From an uncultured Verrucomicrobiae bacterium (GTDB lineage: Bacteria; Verrucomicrobiota; Verrucomicrobiia; Chthoniobacterales; Chthoniobacteraceae), in NCBI GenBank assembly GCA_963769025.1, contig CAVYKI010000009.1, forward strand, positions 736,001 to 800,000: DNA of 64,000 nucleotides, read 5' to 3'. Each line of letters starts with the position of its first letter. Position 1 is the stretch's first letter. Below the pieces are notes generated by a model. That model saw only the letters and a program-made list of their open reading frames with translations, was not told where the DNA came from and did no database searches. This document shows, piece after piece, positions 58,751 through 64,000 of the stretch. The position numbers were made by a program, and so were the translations under genes.

Positions 58751-58766
58751 CCGCACGCTCCCGCCC

Positions 58767-60594
58767 ATGGAGCGCCCACGCATCTACCAACTCCTGCCGC
58801 GCCTTTTCGGTAACACCAACGAAACTCGGAAACCGAACGGCACACTCGCGGAGAACGGCACCGGCAAATTCGCGGACATCAGCGACATCGCACTCCGCTC
58901 GCTGCGCGACGAACTGCACATCACGCACCTCTGGCTCACGGGCGTGCATGCGCAGGCGACGGCGACCGACTACTCATCCATCGGCCAGCCCGCGGACGAT
59001 CCCGATTTGCTCAAGGGCCTCGCCGCTTCGCCCTACGCGATCAAGGACTACGCCTTCGTCTGTCCCGACTACGCCATCGACCCGGCAAAACGCATGGACG
59101 AATTCCGCGCGTTGCTCGACCGCGCGCACGCCCTCGGCCTGCGCGTGATCATCGACTTCGTCGCCAACCACGTCGCACGCAGCCACCGCTCCCGCCTCGT
59201 CACCTTCGGCGGGAACGACGACCGCTCGAAGTTTTTCTCCCCGCAAAACAACTTCTTCTGGCTGCAGCCCGACTCGCCCGGCGGCGGTCCACCACTGCGC
59301 CTGCCGACCGTCAGCAACGGCCAGGCCGCAAGCCCCACCTGCCATGCCGCCCGGCGGATGCGACGGACTTTTTTCCGAGGAAATGACCACCGGCCGCGTG
59401 ACGGGCAACAATGCCTGCACTTGGACACCGTCGCTCCACGACTGGTACGAAACCGTGAAACTCAACTACGGCTACGATTTCACGACCGGCGCGCGAGAGT
59501 TTCCGCACGCTGGGAACCCGTCCGCCCCGCTTCCGGACACGTGGAAAAAAATGGATGCCGTGCTCGCGCGCTGGCAGGCGCTCGGCGTGGATGGTTTCCG
59601 CTGCGACATGGCGCACATGGTCCCGGTGGAATTCTGGGCGTGGGCGGTCGCACGCGCACGCGCACGCGATCCCAAGGTATTCTTCGTCGCCGAGGCATAC
59701 GACAACGACCCGATGAAAGTGGAGCAAGGCAACGTGCTCACCGCCCTGCTAGGAGCGGGCTTCGACGCGGTGTACGACGACCCTTCCTACAAGACGCTCA
59801 AGCGAATCTACGACGGCCCCGCATGGGCGAACGACCTCGACGCCACGCTTGCCGCGCACCACCCGGATGTATTTCGCGATGCACTGCGCTACGCGGAAAA
59901 TCACGACGAAGTCCGTCTCGCCGCGCACGGCGAGTGGGGCGGGATCGGCATGGACGTTGGCCGCGCCGTAAGCGGAGTGCTCTTCGGAATCTCACGCGGC
60001 CCCGTGCTCCTCTACAGCGGCCAGGAAGTCGGCGAACCTGCGGCCGGAGTGGCGGGGTTCGGAGGAGGCAATGCCCGCACAACGATCTTCGACTACTGGT
60101 CCATGCCGGAGTTCGCCAAATGGGTGAACGGCCACCGCTACGATGGAGCACGCCTCTCCTCCCAGCAGCGCAGCCTCCGCGAGTTCTACGGACGCCTGCT
60201 CGCCGCATGCGGTGCACCTGCATTTCGCGAAGGCGCATTTTTCCCGCTCAATGCGGCAAACACCGGCAATCCCGCCTTCGCACGGATCGATGGCGAACCC
60301 GCCAGCGGTCACTGGCTCTGCGCCTACTTGCGGGTTCCCGGCCCGGAATACGCACCCTTCCTCGTCCTCGTGAATCTCCATCGCAGCGAGACGTTCCGGG
60401 ATGTCCGCGTCGTCCTGAGTGATGACGCCCGCCGCGCGCTCCGCTGTGCAGCCGACGCGGTCCTTCTGCAGGATCACGTCGGTGGACTCGCCCCGCTGCG
60501 GATCGCCATTCGCGACATGCTGGATCACGGAATCGTCGTCCCTGAACTGCCACCGCTGACACCCGCGTATTTCGAGATGCAGACGGCTCAGTGA
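58767..60594 (+). CDS. GH13 alpha-amylase family glycoside hydrolase (apparent +1 frameshift ~59351)
   Basis: IYQLLPRLFGN, SPYAIKDY, DFVANH, DGFRCDMAH, AEAY and ENHDE motifs. Confidence 0.9.
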
Positions 60595-60622
60595 CACCGG
60601 AGACACAAGCCGCCAGCCGCTC

Positions 60623-61258
60623 TTACTCGACGAATTCGACAATCCCAAACCGCTCCGGCGTGTGAAAACTCGCGCGCATCGGTGGCGACCACGCGGTGAG
60701 TTCCCTCGGGATGCTCCCGTCGCGGGATGGCCGGTCTATCCGGCATAAGTTCACCCGCCACTGCGTGCCCGGTTGGGGCTGAGCGTCCGCCACGCTTGCG
60801 AACGGAATCGCCAGCTCAACTGTCCATGTGCCGGAGTCCTTCCGCACCAGCGAGCGCAGGCCGTCACAGTCCCAGGCATGCTCGCCCTTGTAGCCACTCC
60901 GGCTCCGCCGGAAAACGAGATCAAGCACCGTTCCGAGCGGGTTCACCTCGATCTCGAAATAGCTCTCCAGATCCCCCCGCGGATCAAAAAAGACCTCGAC
61001 CGTTTCCTCTTCATAAAGCGGTGCATCATGCCCGGTGAGCGTCGCCCATGCGTCTGCATCGTGCGCGTGGAAAAGGATCCGCCATTCGTGCTCATTCCAC
61101 GCCGAACGGACTTCCGTGCCTTGCTTCGGCGCGGCTCCCGTAACCGCATCCGCAAACACGGCAGGCGCCATGTCACACCACGGCACGGACCGCACATCAG
61201 CAGTCAACTCGCCAAGCTCCCTCCGCGGGCAGTGCAGCACTGCAATCATTTTGCCCAC
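60623..61258 (-). CDS. Carbohydrate-binding family 9-like (DOMON-like) protein
   Basis: LYEEETVEVFFDP, YFEIEVNPLGT, WTVELAIPF, WRVN..RID and FHTPERFG motifs. Confidence 0.88.
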   Translation of the reverse strand: MGKMIAVLHCPRRELGELTADVRSVPWCDMAPAVFADAVTGAAPKQGTEVRSAWNEHEWRILFHAHDADAWATLTGHDAPLYEEETVEVFFDPRGDLESYFEIEVNPLGTVLDLVFRRSRSGYKGEHAWDCDGLRSLVRKDSGTWTVELAIPFASVADAQPQPGTQWRVNLCRIDRPSRDGSIPRELTAWSPPMRASFHTPERFGIVEFVE

Positions 61259-62397
61259 AGCACGCGCTTGCCGCGGAGCGTTGCCAGCACATCGAGTTCA
61301 TCCCCGTCCCAATGCGCGATCACACAGGATTGCGGAATCCGCTTCACCGCACCCGCCGCGCGCAGCAATTCCCACGGACGCACCGATGCGGCGTCCCATG
61401 CCGTGCAAAGCGACACGCCGGTCATTTTGACAAAGCCGGACACCGCGCGATCCATCGTCAAAGCCGAGCCCGCGAGATTCGGACTTCCCGGCTGACGCAC
61501 CACACGGTCGCGGCCCACTTCGATTTCCAAATCCCCGATGGTGTAGCGTCCTGCCGGCGCGCCCGCCGCCGCCATCGCGTCCGTCACCACGAGCGTTCGC
61601 TCCGCGCCTTTCATCCGATGGAAAAGCCGCACGGCCTCCGGCGGAAGATGGACGCCATCCGTGATGAGACTCGCGGCGAGGCGATCCTCGGCGAGTTGCG
61701 CGAAGATGGGATTCTGATGCCGATGGATCATCTGCGGACAGCCGTTGCCGAGGTGCGTCGTCATCATCGCGCCCGCATCGCAGGCTTTGGCGATCATCTC
61801 GGCGTCCGCCATCGTGTGCCCGAGCGCGGGAAGGACTCCCTCTTTCCGGACCTGACGGATGAGCGAGATGGCACCGCGGACCTCCGGCGCCACCGTGAGC
61901 AGTTTGATGCGTCCGCCCGCGGCACGCTGGCACTCCCGCCAGATATTGCGGCTCGCATCGCAGACATGCGCAAGGGGGTGAGCGCCCCGCGCGCCATCGG
62001 CGGGGCTGATGAAAGGCCCTTCGAGATGAAAGCCAGGAACCGATGCCGCAACCTCCGGATGCAGCCGCAGCGCTTCGTACAAATGCCCGAACAGCAGCTT
62101 CAGCCGCGCCGGGGATGCCGTGATCAGCGTCGGCAGCACATGGGTGCATCCTTCGCGCCACATCGCGCGAATCCCCGTCGCGATCTCCTCCGCACTTGTG
62201 CGCGGCTGGTTGAAGTCCACGCCCGCGTAGCCGTTGCATTGCAGGTCAAGGAAGCCCGGTCCGAATACGGCCGCCGCTTTCGCTCGCACACGACGCCGCC
62301 CGAGCAGCCGCGCTTGATCAAATGAAAACTCGAAAGTCTCACCCGTTCGCACGTGAGTGGCGACGACACGGCGGATTCCGGAGGGGCGTTGTTTCAT
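61246..62397 (-). CDS. nagA: N-acetylglucosamine-6-phosphate deacetylase-like amidohydrolase
   Basis: PGFLDLQCNGY, HLEGPF, RGAH, LGHT, THLGNG, DGVH and NLAGSALTM motifs. Confidence 0.85.
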   Translation of the reverse strand: MKQRPSGIRRVVATHVRTGETFEFSFDQARLLGRRRVRAKAAAVFGPGFLDLQCNGYAGVDFNQPRTSAEEIATGIRAMWREGCTHVLPTLITASPARLKLLFGHLYEALRLHPEVAASVPGFHLEGPFISPADGARGAHPLAHVCDASRNIWRECQRAAGGRIKLLTVAPEVRGAISLIRQVRKEGVLPALGHTMADAEMIAKACDAGAMMTTHLGNGCPQMIHRHQNPIFAQLAEDRLAASLITDGVHLPPEAVRLFHRMKGAERTLVVTDAMAAAGAPAGRYTIGDLEIEVGRDRVVRQPGSPNLAGSALTMDRAVSGFVKMTGVSLCTAWDAASVRPWELLRAAGAVKRIPQSCVIAHWDGDELDVLATLRGKRVLWAK

Positions 62398-62452
62398 GGG
62401 AATATCCTGTCGGGTCGTGAAAAGGATTCCAGCCCGACGAGCAGTTGGTCCT

Positions 62453-63376
62453 CTAAAACAGCTCGCCTTGCCCTAGCGCCATCACCTTCGGGGCATCCGT
62501 GCCGGCTTCCGCCTTCACCTCTGCGAGCAGCCCCTTGAAGTCGCACTTCTCCAGCGCCGCGATGAATTCCGGCCAGCGCGGCTTGATTTGCAATTCGCCC
62601 ATCGGCACGGGCAGCGGCAGATCCTCGTCAAGCCGCACCATCTCGCGATTTTCACGCACCCGCGCGGCGCCCGCACGCAGCTTCTCCCGCGTGCGTTCGC
62701 TTTTCACCGCGTCGAGATTTGCGAGCAGCGCGTCCAGGTTTCCGTGCTCGTTGATCAAAGTCGCCGCCGTCTTCGGCCCGAGTCCGTCGATGCCCGGGAT
62801 GTTGTCCACCGTGTCGCCGATGATCGCCAGCACGTCGCCGATGCGCCCGGCAGGCACGCCCCATTTTTCCCGCACCTTGTCCTCGCCGAGAAGCGCGAAG
62901 CCATCCGTCGGCGCAGCGAGGTCCGTCTTGTTCGTCGAATAGACGACGCACTTCGGGTTCACGAGCTGGTAGAGGTCCTTGTCGTTCGTCGCGAGAACGA
63001 CTTCGTCCCCGCGGGCCTGCGCGGCGACGGCGTAGCTGGCCATCAGGTCGTCCGCCTCCGTGTCCTGCACGGCGATGCTCGCGATGCCCATGAGCGGCAC
63101 GATGTCGCGGATGATCGGGAACTGCGGCCTCATCTGCTCCGGTGTTTCCGCGCGCGTCGCCTTATAGTCGGGCTGCAGCTCCGTGCGCCGCTTCGGCAGC
63201 CCCTGGTCCCACAGCACGGCTGCGATGTCGGGCTTCACGTCCTTGAGCATCTTGCGCATCGTTTTCACAAAGCCGTAGATCGCGTTCACCGGCTCGCCGC
63301 GCGAGTTCGTGAGATTCCGGATCGCGAAAAAGGAGCGGTAAACGAAATAGGGACCGTCAACGAGCAGCAGCTTCAT
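62453..63376 (-). CDS. Stand-alone 5'-3' exonuclease (Pol I N-terminal/FEN-like)
   Basis: LLLVDG, YKATR, EADD, DKDLYQL and GDTVDNIPGIDGLGPKTA motifs; no polymerase domain. Confidence 0.92.
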   Translation of the reverse strand: MKLLLVDGPYFVYRSFFAIRNLTNSRGEPVNAIYGFVKTMRKMLKDVKPDIAAVLWDQGLPKRRTELQPDYKATRAETPEQMRPQFPIIRDIVPLMGIASIAVQDTEADDLMASYAVAAQARGDEVVLATNDKDLYQLVNPKCVVYSTNKTDLAAPTDGFALLGEDKVREKWGVPAGRIGDVLAIIGDTVDNIPGIDGLGPKTAATLINEHGNLDALLANLDAVKSERTREKLRAGAARVRENREMVRLDEDLPLPVPMGELQIKPRWPEFIAALEKCDFKGLLAEVKAEAGTDAPKVMALGQGELF

Positions 63377-63476
63377 CAGTCCGCGAACGAAGCGCGAAGC
63401 CGCGGTGATGTCGAACGCCGAATGCCTGCGCCGCGCTTTACAACTTTCCACGCGCCTCCCTACCCTCCGCCCCCGA

Positions 63477-64000
63477 ATGAACATCCTCATCCTCGCCGCG
63501 GGCTACGCGACGCGCCTCTATCCCCTCACCCAGACAAAAGCGAAGCCGCTCCTCGGCGTCGCCGACAAGCCGATGATGGAATGGGTCATCGACAACCTTG
63601 CGCCGATCCCCGGCATCTCGAAGGTCTTCGTCGTCACGAACAACAAGTTCGCCGCGGATTTCCAGACGTGGGCTGACGGCTACAATGCGTCCCACGCAAA
63701 ACTCCCCTTCACCATCGTCAACGACGGCTCCACGAGCGACGCCGACAAGCTCGGTGCCATCGGCGACATCCAGCATGTCATTCAAAAGCACGGCATCGAA
63801 GGCGAGGACCTGCTCGTCGTCGCGGGCGACAACCTTTTCAGCCAGAGCCTCGAGGGCTTTGGAAAATTCGCGCGAGAGAAAAATACGCCCGTCCTCGGCG
63901 TCTATGACGTGAAGTGCCTCGACGAGGCGAAAAAATACGGCGTCGTCGCGGTGAACGGCGAAGGCGTCATCGCGGAGTTCGTCGAGAAACCCGCCTACCC
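63477..64000 (+). CDS. Sugar-phosphate nucleotidyltransferase family protein, 3'-partial
   Basis: MNILILAAGYATRLYPLT..KAKPLL, AGDNLF, YGVV and FVEKP motifs; runs off the window end. Confidence 0.92.
   Translation, partial: MNILILAAGYATRLYPLTQTKAKPLLGVADKPMMEWVIDNLAPIPGISKVFVVTNNKFAADFQTWADGYNASHAKLPFTIVNDGSTSDADKLGAIGDIQHVIQKHGIEGEDLLVVAGDNLFSQSLEGFGKFAREKNTPVLGVYDVKCLDEAKKYGVVAVNGEGVIAEFVEKPAY

Noticed and set aside
62453..63376. Truncated polA
   Set aside because: The ORF ends cleanly with no polymerase-domain remnant downstream; stand-alone 5'-3' exonucleases are a known class.

Overview
GC-rich bacterial chromosomal window. The gene content (DUF1501/DUF1553 pairs, PVC-type heme protein, Verru_Chthon cassette remnants, long GreA) points to Verrucomicrobiota, probably Chthoniobacter-like; this taxonomy is an inference. 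Left to right: the four-gene ligase-associated DNA-damage cassette (exonuclease, ATP-dependent ligase, Lhr helicase, PdeM); a divergent Ser/Thr kinase and FHA-cyclase-like pair; a decayed fragment mosaic ending in att-like sequence at tRNA-Leu(GAG); an ECF sigma/FecR-LamG pair divergent from a DUF1553/DUF1501 pair; further PVC-type envelope genes; a two-component system; a toxin-antitoxin turnover site; and housekeeping or sugar genes. Thirteen frameshifts in otherwise intact genes can all be repaired by deleting one base, so they are treated as sequencing artefacts. Best leads: (1) back-to-back promoters sharing GTCCCAA-N14-GCTATT that link the ECF sigma to the DUF1553/DUF1501 pair; (2) a low-GC, divergent patch inside a conserved PVC heme-protein gene; (3) a shared TTTAC-N6-TTYAC box linking the response regulator to a repeat-rich EF-hand protein; (4) the tRNA att relic. 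Family calls come from recognising motifs by eye, not from database searches. No CRISPR array, rRNA, integrase, transposase or reverse transcriptase was seen.
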